Source: an uncultured Desulfovibrionales bacterium
GTDB lineage: Bacteria > Desulfobacterota > Desulfovibrionia > Desulfovibrionales > Desulfomicrobiaceae
Direction: 5' to 3'
Assembly (NCBI GenBank): GCA_963545205.1
Contig: CAUUHW010000002.1
Coordinates: 220,409 to 284,408 of the forward strand
DNA length: 64,000 bases
Part shown: positions 51,616 through 60,636 of the stretch, one piece after another
Position numbering within the stretch: the first letter of the stretch is position 1
Layout: each line of letters begins with the position of its first letter
Program-made: the position numbers and the translations under genes
Notes under the pieces: model-generated
The model's input: the letters and a program-made list of their open reading frames with translations, nothing else
What the model was told of the DNA's origin: nothing
Databases searched by the model: none

Positions 51616-53091
51616 TCAGTCAACACGAAACTGTTCGACCTGCTCCTGATGAAGTGGAACCAGCAAACTGGCCCGGATTTCATCGACCACAACCTGGCCC
51701 AGGCCGGCTCCTTTATTTTTTCGCACATGCCTGACCAGAGCGCAGATGATTTCTGCCCTGTCAGACTGTTTTTGCCAGCTGTACACTCCGGCCAGACAAG
51801 CGGCCTGTTCCAGACTGGGCGGGTCAACTTCCTGATCAGGAAAATCACGTTTCAAAATAATATGCGCTCCCGGACCGTTTGCGGCATGAAACCAGAGATC
51901 AAACGGACTGGCCAGCTGCGAAAGCAGTTTGTGATTAGCCTGAGCGTCTTTGCCGCGCAAAACAGTCCACCCTGCCGGAAGCCGGTACACAGCCAGAGCC
52001 GAGTATTTTTGTTTCCCCTTTCTGCCCCCGCTGGTTTCCTGTTTTTTTTGCGGCACTGGAAAAGCAGGCACAGCCTTGTCAAGAGCTGCCAGTTCGGCCA
52101 GCAGCATTACCCGACGCTCAGTAACAAATGAAAGTCCGCGCTGGCCTTTTTTACTGCGCCGAAAAAAAATATCCATATTTTCACGCAAGGTGAAACGAGC
52201 ATCAAGCGCCAGAGAGATTTGTTCAGGCCCGCATGCAATAACAATTTCGGCTTGTTTGGTTTGGGGCGGGTACAGGTATAACACGGTCTTAAGTAACTCC
52301 CCGCTGGTTTTCAGCTCAACCAGGCCGCGTAAACGCTTTTCATCGGCGTCAATCCTGGCCAGATTGCGCTGCAAGTGCTTTTTTGGGAGCTCCAGTGCTT
52401 TTTCTTTTTCAGCAATCTTCAGGGAGCACTGCCCGGCCAAACCGGCATAACAGGTTTCAGCCGCTTGCAGGGCGGAAGAAAAAGAACGATCCGCAGTAGA
52501 AACCGGCCAGCAAAGAGGTGAAATATTTTCAGACGACAGCCAAAAAGTTTTTATCGTGCCAAGCTGTATGTTCCGGTACAGCTCATTTTGAGCAGAACTG
52601 TCCAACTGTTCAAGATGCCCCAAAAACGCCTTTGAAAGATATGGATTTTTCTGTGGGGCAGCTAAAATATCCGCCAGCAGCGGCCATTCTGGGGCGGGCG
52701 CAGGGGAACAGGCGGTTTGAATGGTCGGGCCGGTTTTACTGTCCAGCACGAGACAATCATCTCCACCGGACAGGGAAAACACCAGACAACGACGGGGCCA
52801 GGCTGAAATCAGGCCTGTGATCTGCCGGCCACACAATCTTTTGCGCAGCCACATGACCTGCGCGGGAGGAGCAGCCGGATTGGCCGGCTTGGTCAGGGAA
52901 AGGTAAAAATAAAAAGCAGAGGGGGCAAGATGGACAACCAGATAACCGATTGGTCCCAAATCGAACGTCCACAACCCGGGAGCCGGAGAATAGATCTTCT
53001 GGATACGGCGCGAAACAACCAGCTTCCCTAGTTCTGCCAGAGCAAAAGAGTAAAACAGAACCTCCATGCCTGCTGCGGATTGCCGCGTCAT
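51616..53091 (-). CDS. NFACT-family protein (FbpA/RqcH-like, DUF814)
   Basis: NFACT-N-like N-terminus (L..EL...L.G.RIQKIYSP) and the C-terminal DLWFHAANGPGAHIILK motif of the NFACT-R/DUF814 domain. Confidence 0.7.
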   Translation of the reverse strand: MTRQSAAGMEVLFYSFALAELGKLVVSRRIQKIYSPAPGLWTFDLGPIGYLVVHLAPSAFYFYLSLTKPANPAAPPAQVMWLRKRLCGRQITGLISAWPRRCLVFSLSGGDDCLVLDSKTGPTIQTACSPAPAPEWPLLADILAAPQKNPYLSKAFLGHLEQLDSSAQNELYRNIQLGTIKTFWLSSENISPLCWPVSTADRSFSSALQAAETCYAGLAGQCSLKIAEKEKALELPKKHLQRNLARIDADEKRLRGLVELKTSGELLKTVLYLYPPQTKQAEIVIACGPEQISLALDARFTLRENMDIFFRRSKKGQRGLSFVTERRVMLLAELAALDKAVPAFPVPQKKQETSGGRKGKQKYSALAVYRLPAGWTVLRGKDAQANHKLLSQLASPFDLWFHAANGPGAHIILKRDFPDQEVDPPSLEQAACLAGVYSWQKQSDRAEIICALVRHVRKNKGAGLGQVVVDEIRASLLVPLHQEQVEQFRVD

Positions 53092-53093
53092 GA

Positions 53094-53465
53094 CTATTCC
53101 TTATTGTACAGTTTTTCCTCTTCTTCCTGAACGCTTTTACAATGAATACACAATGTGGTTATCGGCCTGGCCTTCAAACGAGCCAGCCCGATTTCCTCGC
53201 CGCATTCTTCACAAATGCCGAATTCTCCGCTCTCTATCCTGTCCAGTGTCTGGCGGATTTTCTTGATCACCTTTCTGTCCCGGTCACGCAAACGCAAAAT
53301 AAAAGCCCGATCTGATTCCGCTGTTGCCCGATCAGCCGGATCCGCGAAGAACTCACTTTTTTCCGACATGGTGTCCAGGGTTTCCTGGCCTTGCGTCAAA
53401 ATAGAATCAAGCTGCTGATTCAGTTCCTGCCGGAAATATTCAATATCCTTATTGTCCATACTCAT
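53094..53465 (-). CDS. DksA/TraR-family C4 zinc-finger protein
   Basis: CEECGEEIGLARLKARPITTLCIHCK, preceded by a coiled-coil region with ADPADRA. The start is ambiguous (53489, 53465 or 53459). Confidence 0.8.
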   Translation of the reverse strand: MSMDNKDIEYFRQELNQQLDSILTQGQETLDTMSEKSEFFADPADRATAESDRAFILRLRDRDRKVIKKIRQTLDRIESGEFGICEECGEEIGLARLKARPITTLCIHCKSVQEEEEKLYNKE

Positions 53466-53571
53466 CTTCTCCACAACGAGAAAAAACACATAATGTATTC
53501 AGCCTGCAGCTCTTGCAAGTTTCAAAAAGAGTTACAATATCCAAGAGAACCAAAAAAGTAAAGCTCTCTTT

Positions 53572-54657
53572 TCAACCCCAGGCGGTCAATCCCGACATTT
53601 TTGCTCCCAGCCGAAGATATGCCTCGGTCAACTCAGGCGGCAGAGGGAGCAAAGAATCCGTTCCCAGAAAGGTAAAAACCTTGGCCAGCTCACGGGCCAC
53701 AAAATCCCGATTGGCAATCCGCCACTTCCAGGCCTTGTTTTGGCACAACTGTTCGCCTAAGCGAACAATATGTCGGGCGCGGGCAACCAGACAGTGCTCA
53801 CGCAGCACCCGGCGCTGTCCGGCTTTGGCCATCTCCCGCACGCGCTCAGGTTGACTGAGCAGTTCGCGGCACACCCGAATCGCGTCCAGGGCGTTACCAC
53901 GCTCATACAGGGCCACTTCCTCCTGCGGAACAAGCAGTTCTTCCAGTCCGTTGTCCGTCCGCTCTGTGAGCAATAACGCGCCGCAACCAGGCCCCTCAAA
54001 AAAACGAAAATTGATTTCTCCGGCCGCGCTCTGGTTGAGCACAATCTGAGAGCGCCCGTAAATCGGCATAAAATCGCCGCTGCGAACCAACAGCGGGACA
54101 CTCCGGCCAACCTCAGTTAAAAACGCCTGCCGTGGAGTATTGATTGTTGCGCCAACCGTGCCGACAAAGGAAACAGGAATATCACGGGTGGCAGGCTCTG
54201 ATGGACGAGCGGCCGGTTTGAAAAAAAGCGGAAACCACTCTACAGCGCGGGGAGCATGAGCAGAAGCGAACAAGGGCAGGTAATCCTTTTGGGCCACCAA
54301 AAAAGCATCAAAACAAAAAGACCAGGGCACATGCCACGGATTGCAATACTGGTCGATGGAAAAACCGATTACCGGACAGGGCAGCATTTCAAAGCCAAGC
54401 ACGCCTGGTGGCTGGCAACCATCAGCCCAAAGTATCAAGTCTGGCCGAAACTGGTGCTGGTCGAGCAGATTGACCAGACCATCTCCGGCAATTGGCTCGC
54501 TGAGGCGAATCTCGCAATCACTGCGGCTCCCAACTGACAAGACAGTATGCCCCATTTTCCGAAAGCAGGAAACAAAGTACGAGGCTTCAAGACTTACAAT
54601 ACGCACAGCTTTTCCCTTCCTTGTCCGCTTTTTACCTGCTGAAAGAGAAACAGGCAA
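53572..54657 (-). CDS. CgeB-like glycosyltransferase-family protein (DUF3880-type)
   Basis: PVSFVGT...R..FL, RFFEGPGCGALLLTE and LLSQPERVREMAKAGQRRVLREH resemble the CgeB / Glyco_trans_1_2 C-terminal domain. Assigned from memory of the family only. Confidence 0.45.
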   Translation of the reverse strand: MPVSLSAGKKRTRKGKAVRIVSLEASYFVSCFRKMGHTVLSVGSRSDCEIRLSEPIAGDGLVNLLDQHQFRPDLILWADGCQPPGVLGFEMLPCPVIGFSIDQYCNPWHVPWSFCFDAFLVAQKDYLPLFASAHAPRAVEWFPLFFKPAARPSEPATRDIPVSFVGTVGATINTPRQAFLTEVGRSVPLLVRSGDFMPIYGRSQIVLNQSAAGEINFRFFEGPGCGALLLTERTDNGLEELLVPQEEVALYERGNALDAIRVCRELLSQPERVREMAKAGQRRVLREHCLVARARHIVRLGEQLCQNKAWKWRIANRDFVARELAKVFTFLGTDSLLPLPPELTEAYLRLGAKMSGLTAWG

Positions 54658-54816
54658 TGCTTTTAACCAGCCAAGAGCAGGGATAAGAGTTTCTTACGCC
54701 CGGCAAACGTTATGGATTGTTCTTGTAAAACCATTTCATGTCTGCCATGCTTTTTTCGCTTTCTCCTGATATTTTCCAGAGTCATGACAAATCCGGTTCA
54801 AAAAAGGCAGGACATT

Positions 54817-55797
54817 ATGGACTATATTCCTTCTTCTGATCTGAAAACCATTTTGCATTCCAAACGGGCCAATATCTATTATCTGGAACATTGCCGGGTT
54901 CTGGTCAAAGGCGGGCGGGTGGAATATGTAACAGACGCGGGAAAAGAGCGCCTGTACTGGAACATTCCCATCGCCAATACAACAAGTATTCTGCTTGGAA
55001 CCGGCACCTCGGTTACCCAGGCCGCCATGCGGGAACTGGGAAAGGCCGGAGTACTGGTCGGATTTTGTGGCGGAGGAGGAACACCTCTGTTTACGGCCAC
55101 AGAACCACCTCTTGATGTGCTTTGGTTTTCCCCGCAAAGTGAATACCGCCCCACATCTTATTTGCAAAAATGGGTCAGCTTCTGGTTTGATGATGCCCTT
55201 CGACTGGCAGCAGCCAAAAAATTTCAGTACTCCCGCCTTGCATTTCTTGCCCAAACCTGGACGCGGGACAAGCAGCTCAGGGAAGTCGGATTCAGTGACA
55301 CACTCCTCGTGCCGCTGCTTGAAACAGCTCAAAACGACATGCAGTCTGTAAAAGATGTTACCAACCTGTTAACACTGGAGGGCAGGCTGACCAAAACCCT
55401 GTACCGTCTGGCCGCCGAAACAACAGGTTATGGGCATTTCAGCCGGGGAGAACGCGGAAGCGGCGTGGACGCGGCGAACAAATTCCTTGACCACGGCAAT
55501 TATCTGGCCTACGGACTTGGCGCCACTGCAACCTGGGTGCTGGGTATCCCGCACGGGCTGGCAGTATTGCACGGCAAAACCCGTCGCGGCGGCCTGGTCT
55601 TTGATGTAGCAGACCTGGTTAAAGACGCGCTTGTTCTGCCACTGGCCTTTATCGCCGCTATGCAAGGGCAAAACGAACAGGAATTCAGACAAAGCTGCGT
55701 GGAAATATGTACCCGCCATGAAGCGCTTGATTTTATGGTTGAAACCATAAAGCAGGTTGCGCAGGAAACAGCTTCGCTGCAAGGAAATGCTCCATGA
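54817..55797 (+). CDS. cas1: CRISPR integrase Cas1, type I-F
   Basis: MDYIPSSDLKTILHSKRANIYYLEHCRVLVKGGRVEYV...NIPIANTTSILLGTGTSVTQAAMRELGKAGVLVGFCGGGGTPLF is near-collinear with Pseudomonas aeruginosa Cas1f. The start is chosen by that alignment. Confidence 0.97.
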   Translation: MDYIPSSDLKTILHSKRANIYYLEHCRVLVKGGRVEYVTDAGKERLYWNIPIANTTSILLGTGTSVTQAAMRELGKAGVLVGFCGGGGTPLFTATEPPLDVLWFSPQSEYRPTSYLQKWVSFWFDDALRLAAAKKFQYSRLAFLAQTWTRDKQLREVGFSDTLLVPLLETAQNDMQSVKDVTNLLTLEGRLTKTLYRLAAETTGYGHFSRGERGSGVDAANKFLDHGNYLAYGLGATATWVLGIPHGLAVLHGKTRRGGLVFDVADLVKDALVLPLAFIAAMQGQNEQEFRQSCVEICTRHEALDFMVETIKQVAQETASLQGNAP

Positions 55798-58700
55798 ATA
55801 TTTTGCTTGTCTCGGAGTGTTCAGGCAATGCGCTGGCCCAGACCAGACGTATTCTGGATCAATTTTCCGAACGCCGGGGCGAACGGGTCTGGCAAACCAC
55901 TATCACGCTGGCCGGGCTTGAAACCTTACGCCGCATGCTGCGCCAAAAAGCCCGTAAAAACACGGCGGTGGCCTGTTATCGGATGTACGGCAGCCAGACC
56001 GAACTTTTGTGGATAGTGGGCACTGCCAGCCGTTTCAACGAACATGGAGCAGTGCCTACCAATCGCACAAAACGTGATGTATTGCGCGCAGAAGATGAAA
56101 ACACCTGGCACAGCCGCGAAACAATTTTGCTTTTATCCCGTCTGGCAGCCTTATGGCATGATATGGGCAAATCCTGCGCTCAGTTTCAACGTGTCCTGCG
56201 CTCCACAACTCCTGAGCGTAACCTGATCCGGCACGAATGGATTTCCCTGCGCCTTTTTGAGGCCTTTGTCGGCAATGATGAAAAAGATGAAAACTGGCTG
56301 CAACGCATGGCAGATTTTCAACCTGACTCGGCCGCCAAAACGCTTCAGCGTGTTCAGCAGGATGTGCTGGACAAACTGCCAGACTCGACACTCAAACCCT
56401 TTAAAAAGGATATGCCGCCTTTGGCCAGAGCTATTAGCTGGCTGATTGTCAGCCACCACCGACTGCCAACAAACCCTGAACATGGCTGCACGACTTCCCA
56501 TCTTCAGGCCCTGCCGGAAAGTATTGTCAGAAGATGGAATGAAAGCGGAACTCCGCAACAGCAAGACGCAAAAGAATACTGGAAAATTCCGGCCACTCTT
56601 TTTACCCGCCTTGGCCCGGACTGGCAAAAAGAAGTGCGCAAATGCGCGGCGCGCTTTCTCAAGCATCCGGCGGCAAAAGAGCAGTGTCAGGATACCTTTG
56701 TCCTGCATCTGTCCCGCCTGACTCTGATGCTGGCTGACCATAAGGTCTCTGCACAGGAAACCGGACAGTCCTGCAAGCCCAACAAAACCACCTTGTTTGC
56801 CAATACCGGACGCGACAAAAAACTCAAACAAACACTGGAGGAACATCTTGTGCGCGTGGCGCAGATGTGTGGTCAGATAGCATACGCCCTGCCTGCTGTT
56901 GGGATGGATTTGCCGCGTCTGGCGCATCATCGTGGTCTGCGCCGCCGCTGCAATGATTCCCGTTTTCGCTGGCAGGACAAGGCGGTAGATACTTGCAATG
57001 CTGTTCGTCAGCAACCGGATACGGGTGGTGTTTTTTTACTGAATATGGCTTCAACCGGTTGCGGCAAAACCCTGGCCAATATCCGCATGCTCTATGCCCT
57101 TCAACCGCCAGAACAAGGCATGCGGGCAACATTCGCTCTGGGCCTGCGCGTTTTGACCACCCAAACCGGACGGGAATATCAAAAACGTCTGCATCTCAGT
57201 GATGATGAACTGGCAGTGCGTGTGGGCGGTCTGGCGGCTCAAGAGCTGTACGACCTTTTTTCCGGCGACAGCGCAGCAGGCAAAGAACAGATTGCTGTTC
57301 CTGACCAGCAAAAAATATTTGAAAAAAACTGGCAGAATCTGGCGGAACAGGGTCAGGAATCCGCCCGCGCGCTTTTTACAGATGACGCCCATGTTCTCTT
57401 TGAAGGCAATATGGAAAACCCTGTTCTCAAAAAAATCATTGAGGATGGACAAGCCCGAAAATTTTTATCTGCTCCGATTCTGGCCTGTACTGTAGATCAT
57501 CTGGTTCCGGCTACGGAATCCCTGCGCGGCGGCCATCAGATTCTGCCCATGCTCCGTCTGCTGGGCAGCGATCTGGTTTTAGACGAAATTGATGATTACG
57601 GCCTGGAAGACCTGCCAGCCATTGCCCGCCTGACATATTGGGCGGGTATGCTCGGCTGCCGGGTGCTTGTTTCTTCAGCCACACTACCACCTGCTCTGGC
57701 GACCGGGCTGTTTACAGCCTACAGGGAAGGGCGGGCTGTTTTTGAACGCAATCTGGGTCAAAATCCAGAGACACCTCAACCAATAACCTGTGTATGGGCA
57801 GATGAATTTGGCACGCAGGTAACACAAGCTGATGAACAGAATTTTGCTCCAAAACATAATGAATTTGCCAGCAACAGGGCAGACAGAATAGGCAGAAACG
57901 AGCACCGCAGAAGAGCCAGCCTGCTTGATGTGGAAGCTCTTACCTCGTGTACCTCTAAAGAACTGCCCAAAAAACTGGCCTCTGTATTGCTTGAAGCTGC
58001 CTGCCGCCTGCACGCGGGCAACCATACCTGCGTGGGCAGTCAGCGCGTCAGTTTTGGTTTGCTGCGCATGGCTAATATCAAACATCTTCGCCAGATTGCA
58101 AAGGCATTGGCCAGCCTGGACGCGCCTCAAAACACCCGTATTCATCTGCTGGCCTATCACTCCCGTTTTCCTCTGGCCCTGCGTACAAAAACAGAAAAAC
58201 TGCTCGACCGCTGTCTGAACCGTAAAGACCTGCTGGCGGTATTTAACGAGCCAGAAATTCGCGCCCATTTGCAACAAGCCCCGCACGCCGAGCATATCTT
58301 TCTGGTAATAGCCAGCCCGATCTGCGAGGTCGGCAGAGACTGGGACGCAGACTGGGCGATTGTGGAGCCATCGTCCATGCGCTCATTCATCCAGCTTGTC
58401 GGTCGCATTCGCCGCCACCGCCCGGAGAAATGGGACATCACCAATGTGCTTCTCTGGTCACGTAATTTTAAAGGACTGACAAATTCAAAAGACCCTGCCT
58501 TTTCCCGCCCTGGTTTTGAAACCCGAAAAGGCGGTTCTTTTCCCCTGACCTCTCATAGCCTTCACAACCTGCTTATGCGGGAAGAATATGAACAGCCGGA
58601 CTCCAGACCCCGCCTGCTGGAACGGAAAAATCCCAACCCCAAAGGGAACCTGACAGATCTGGAACACGCCAGGCTGCACCATTTGTTTGTGCCTGAGCCG

Positions 58701-59147
58701 GAACGAAAATTGACCGAACGGGAAAAAAGGGCCGGAAAAACGGCTCAAACAACCCTGGGAGCCTTTTCCTGGTGGCAATACCCGCAAAGTATGCTTACAG
58801 GGCTTTTGCAACAAACCCAGATGTTTCGGCGGTCGAGTCTGCCGGAAATCGAATGCCTGCTGCTCCCTGATGAGAATGAAGAAAAATGGGTACTCACTGC
58901 TGTTCACAAAAACGGTGAAAGTAAGCAGGAAAAAATGCTGAAACGATTAGAAATTGATTGGGGACAGGGAACAGATGCCTGGCTGAACATAGATATTATG
59001 GAAGAACTGCATTCCATTGCAGAACAAACAGACCTGCCCCCTGAAACCTGCGCCCGCAAGTTTTTTACCCTTACCCTACCCCAGCCCAAAGACGAAGGTA
59101 GCGGATGGACATTTAACCCGTTATTGGGTTTTGACAGGAAGAGCTGA
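55794..59147 (+). CDS. cas3: Cas2-Cas3 fusion nuclease/helicase, type I-F
   Basis: Cas2-like N-terminus MNILLVSECSGNALAQTRRILDQFSERRGERVWQT, HD motif (LWHDMGK, LIVSHHRLP), and helicase motifs (ASTGCGKT, LDEIDD, VSSATLP, EVGRDWDADWAIVEPSSMRSFIQLVGRIRRH). ATGA overlap with cas1. Confidence 0.97.
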   Translation: MNILLVSECSGNALAQTRRILDQFSERRGERVWQTTITLAGLETLRRMLRQKARKNTAVACYRMYGSQTELLWIVGTASRFNEHGAVPTNRTKRDVLRAEDENTWHSRETILLLSRLAALWHDMGKSCAQFQRVLRSTTPERNLIRHEWISLRLFEAFVGNDEKDENWLQRMADFQPDSAAKTLQRVQQDVLDKLPDSTLKPFKKDMPPLARAISWLIVSHHRLPTNPEHGCTTSHLQALPESIVRRWNESGTPQQQDAKEYWKIPATLFTRLGPDWQKEVRKCAARFLKHPAAKEQCQDTFVLHLSRLTLMLADHKVSAQETGQSCKPNKTTLFANTGRDKKLKQTLEEHLVRVAQMCGQIAYALPAVGMDLPRLAHHRGLRRRCNDSRFRWQDKAVDTCNAVRQQPDTGGVFLLNMASTGCGKTLANIRMLYALQPPEQGMRATFALGLRVLTTQTGREYQKRLHLSDDELAVRVGGLAAQELYDLFSGDSAAGKEQIAVPDQQKIFEKNWQNLAEQGQESARALFTDDAHVLFEGNMENPVLKKIIEDGQARKFLSAPILACTVDHLVPATESLRGGHQILPMLRLLGSDLVLDEIDDYGLEDLPAIARLTYWAGMLGCRVLVSSATLPPALATGLFTAYREGRAVFERNLGQNPETPQPITCVWADEFGTQVTQADEQNFAPKHNEFASNRADRIGRNEHRRRASLLDVEALTSCTSKELPKKLASVLLEAACRLHAGNHTCVGSQRVSFGLLRMANIKHLRQIAKALASLDAPQNTRIHLLAYHSRFPLALRTKTEKLLDRCLNRKDLLAVFNEPEIRAHLQQAPHAEHIFLVIASPICEVGRDWDADWAIVEPSSMRSFIQLVGRIRRHRPEKWDITNVLLWSRNFKGLTNSKDPAFSRPGFETRKGGSFPLTSHSLHNLLMREEYEQPDSRPRLLERKNPNPKGNLTDLEHARLHHLFVPEPERKLTEREKRAGKTAQTTLGAFSWWQYPQSMLTGLLQQTQMFRRSSLPEIECLLLPDENEEKWVLTAVHKNGESKQEKMLKRLEIDWGQGTDAWLNIDIMEELHSIAEQTDLPPETCARKFFTLTLPQPKDEGSGWTFNPLLGFDRKS

Positions 59148-59159
59148 AAACACTATCTT
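59131..59159 (+). promoter_or_regulatory. possible promoter for the mini-CRISPR, inside the last codons of cas2/3
   Basis: TTGACA (59131-36), N17, then TATCTT (59154-59), about 30 nt upstream of the first pseudo-repeat. Pattern match only. Confidence 0.3.
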
Positions 59160-59187
59160 TCTCACGAAGCAAAAAGCGCGTATGAAC

Positions 59188-59268
59188 CTATTCTGCCGTA
59201 CAGGCAGCTCAGAAAATTAGAGGAAATAAAATTTTCCAAAACCAACTGCCGAATAGGCAGAAAAAGAA
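59188..59268 (+). ncRNA. degenerate two-repeat mini-CRISPR (CreR/CreA-like crRNA-resembling RNA gene)
   Basis: psiR1 is CTATTCTGCCGTACAGGCAGCTCAGAAA (59188-215). The 25-nt pseudo-spacer is ATTAGAGGAAATAAAATTTTCCAAA (59216-240). psiR2 is ACCAACTGCCGAATAGGCAGAAAAAGAA (59241-268). Both pseudo-repeats retain the CTGCC-N5-GGCAG Cas6f hairpin. Confidence 0.7.
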
Positions 59269-59269
59269 T

Positions 59270-59300
59270 TTGACCATTAGAGGGAATAAAATTATATACA
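59270..59300 (+). promoter_or_regulatory. predicted cas8f (csy operon) promoter overlapping a PAM-flanked partial protospacer for the mini-CRISPR
   Basis: TTGACC (59270-75), N17, then TATATA (59293-98). CC at 59274-75 is followed by ATTAGAGGGAATAAAATTATATACA, which matches the pseudo-spacer at 17 of the first 18 nt. AGGAGG at 59311 and ATG at 59323 follow. Confidence 0.55.
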
Positions 59301-59322
59301 TAAACAACAAAGGAGGATGCTT

Positions 59323-60636
59323 ATGCCTGAAAAACAAAACCTTGTTCGCCAGTTACGCAAAATCATTGATGATTTTTTGGCAGCTCGTCTGGCAACAAAA
59401 ACTGAAAAACTCGCCCCAGACGACCCGGCGAGAGAAAACTGGGAAGAAAAATTTTCCCGACCGGTCTGGATTGCCGATGCGGCTCGGAGGGTGAGCTGGA
59501 TACAGGCTGCAACCCATACCATAAAAGCAATCCATCCCGGAGCAAAAGGATCGAACCTGTTCTGCCCGTCACAACGTCTTGTCAGACATGACAATCTGGT
59601 GGGCAGCCATCTTCTTGCCCCGGATTGTGCAACAGACGTGGTCGGCAATGCCGCAGCCCTTGACGTCAACAAATTTCTTACCTTGCGATGTGAGGATAAG
59701 ACACTGTTGCAATGGATGCAAGATGAGAAACAGGCTGTTATTGATGCTCTGGCAAACGAAGCCGCTGAAGCATGGGTAGATGCTTTCCTTGATTTTATCC
59801 GCGAGCCAGAAACATTTGCCACCCATACCCTGGCCAAACAAATCTACTGGCTGGAGGGCAGCGACCCTGCATGCGATGAGCATTTTGTACTGCTCGCACC
59901 TTTGTATCCCAGTTCTCTGGCCCATGCTATATACACGGAAATCCAGGAAGATCGCTTCGGAGAGGCTGCAAAAACAGCCCGCAAAGCCCGAAAAGAAAAT
60001 ATATACTGTGAACAGCCCCTGCACGAATATCCTGATCTGGCAGTTCAGAAACTGGGCGGGACAAAACCACAAAATATCAGCCAGTTAAACAGCGAGCGTA
60101 GCGGTACAAATTATCTTTTCAGCTCTTGCCCGCCGCCTTGGCGCTCACGTCAGATACGCCCGGTTTTCTATCAAGAATCCGCTTTGTCTGCTTTTGCCAA
60201 TCGTCCGGCTATACAGGAGCGGCTTACAAACCTGCGCTTATTTCTGGAAAGCGATCCAGCTCCAATCCTGGCCACCAGAAAAAAACGAGATGCATATGTT
60301 TTGACCATTATCGGTGAACTGCGCCAATATGTAGAGGAATTGCTCTCGCTTGCCCCTGGCTGGACATCCGATCGACGCTGCCGTCTTGCAGACGAGGAAC
60401 GCTGCTGGCTGGATCCCTTTGCCACTGCTACAGACCCGGATTTTTCTGAGCTGTGGACGGACCTGAACTGGGCCCCTGCAATAGAACGGCGCTTTGCCAA
60501 CTGGCTCAATCGCCAATTAGGGCAAGACCTGCCTTTAGGAGATACAGAACACCGCCACTGGGTAGACCTGTTTGATTACCATGTCTGGCGGCAGGCACTC
60601 AAAAAATTCAAAAAAAAGGAGGCTGAGCATGCCTGA
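59323..60636 (+). CDS. cas8f: Csy1 / Cas8f (type I-F large subunit)
   Basis: VWIADAARRVSWIQAATHTIKAIHPGAKGSNLF, DVVGNAAALDVNKFL, QKLGGTKPQNISQLNSER and FANWLNRQL are collinear with P. aeruginosa Csy1. ATG 59323 lies 6 nt after AGGAGG. Confidence 0.95.
   Translation: MPEKQNLVRQLRKIIDDFLAARLATKTEKLAPDDPARENWEEKFSRPVWIADAARRVSWIQAATHTIKAIHPGAKGSNLFCPSQRLVRHDNLVGSHLLAPDCATDVVGNAAALDVNKFLTLRCEDKTLLQWMQDEKQAVIDALANEAAEAWVDAFLDFIREPETFATHTLAKQIYWLEGSDPACDEHFVLLAPLYPSSLAHAIYTEIQEDRFGEAAKTARKARKENIYCEQPLHEYPDLAVQKLGGTKPQNISQLNSERSGTNYLFSSCPPPWRSRQIRPVFYQESALSAFANRPAIQERLTNLRLFLESDPAPILATRKKRDAYVLTIIGELRQYVEELLSLAPGWTSDRRCRLADEERCWLDPFATATDPDFSELWTDLNWAPAIERRFANWLNRQLGQDLPLGDTEHRHWVDLFDYHVWRQALKKFKKKEAEHA

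Noticed and set aside
54712-54816. 35-codon extension of cas1 (MDCSCKTISCLPCFF...).
   Set aside because: Alignment to Cas1f begins exactly at MDYIPSSDLKTILHSKRAN (ATG 54817). The extension is Cys/Phe-rich non-homologous sequence in the divergent promoter region.
59300-59322. A hidden CreT-like small toxin between the repressed promoter and cas8f, which would make the locus a CreTA addiction module.
   Set aside because: Only about 25 nt separate the predicted -10 from the cas8f start, and the only SD and ATG there belong to cas8f. No independent mini-ORF or rare-codon cluster is present. CreR-type autoregulation is the more economical reading.
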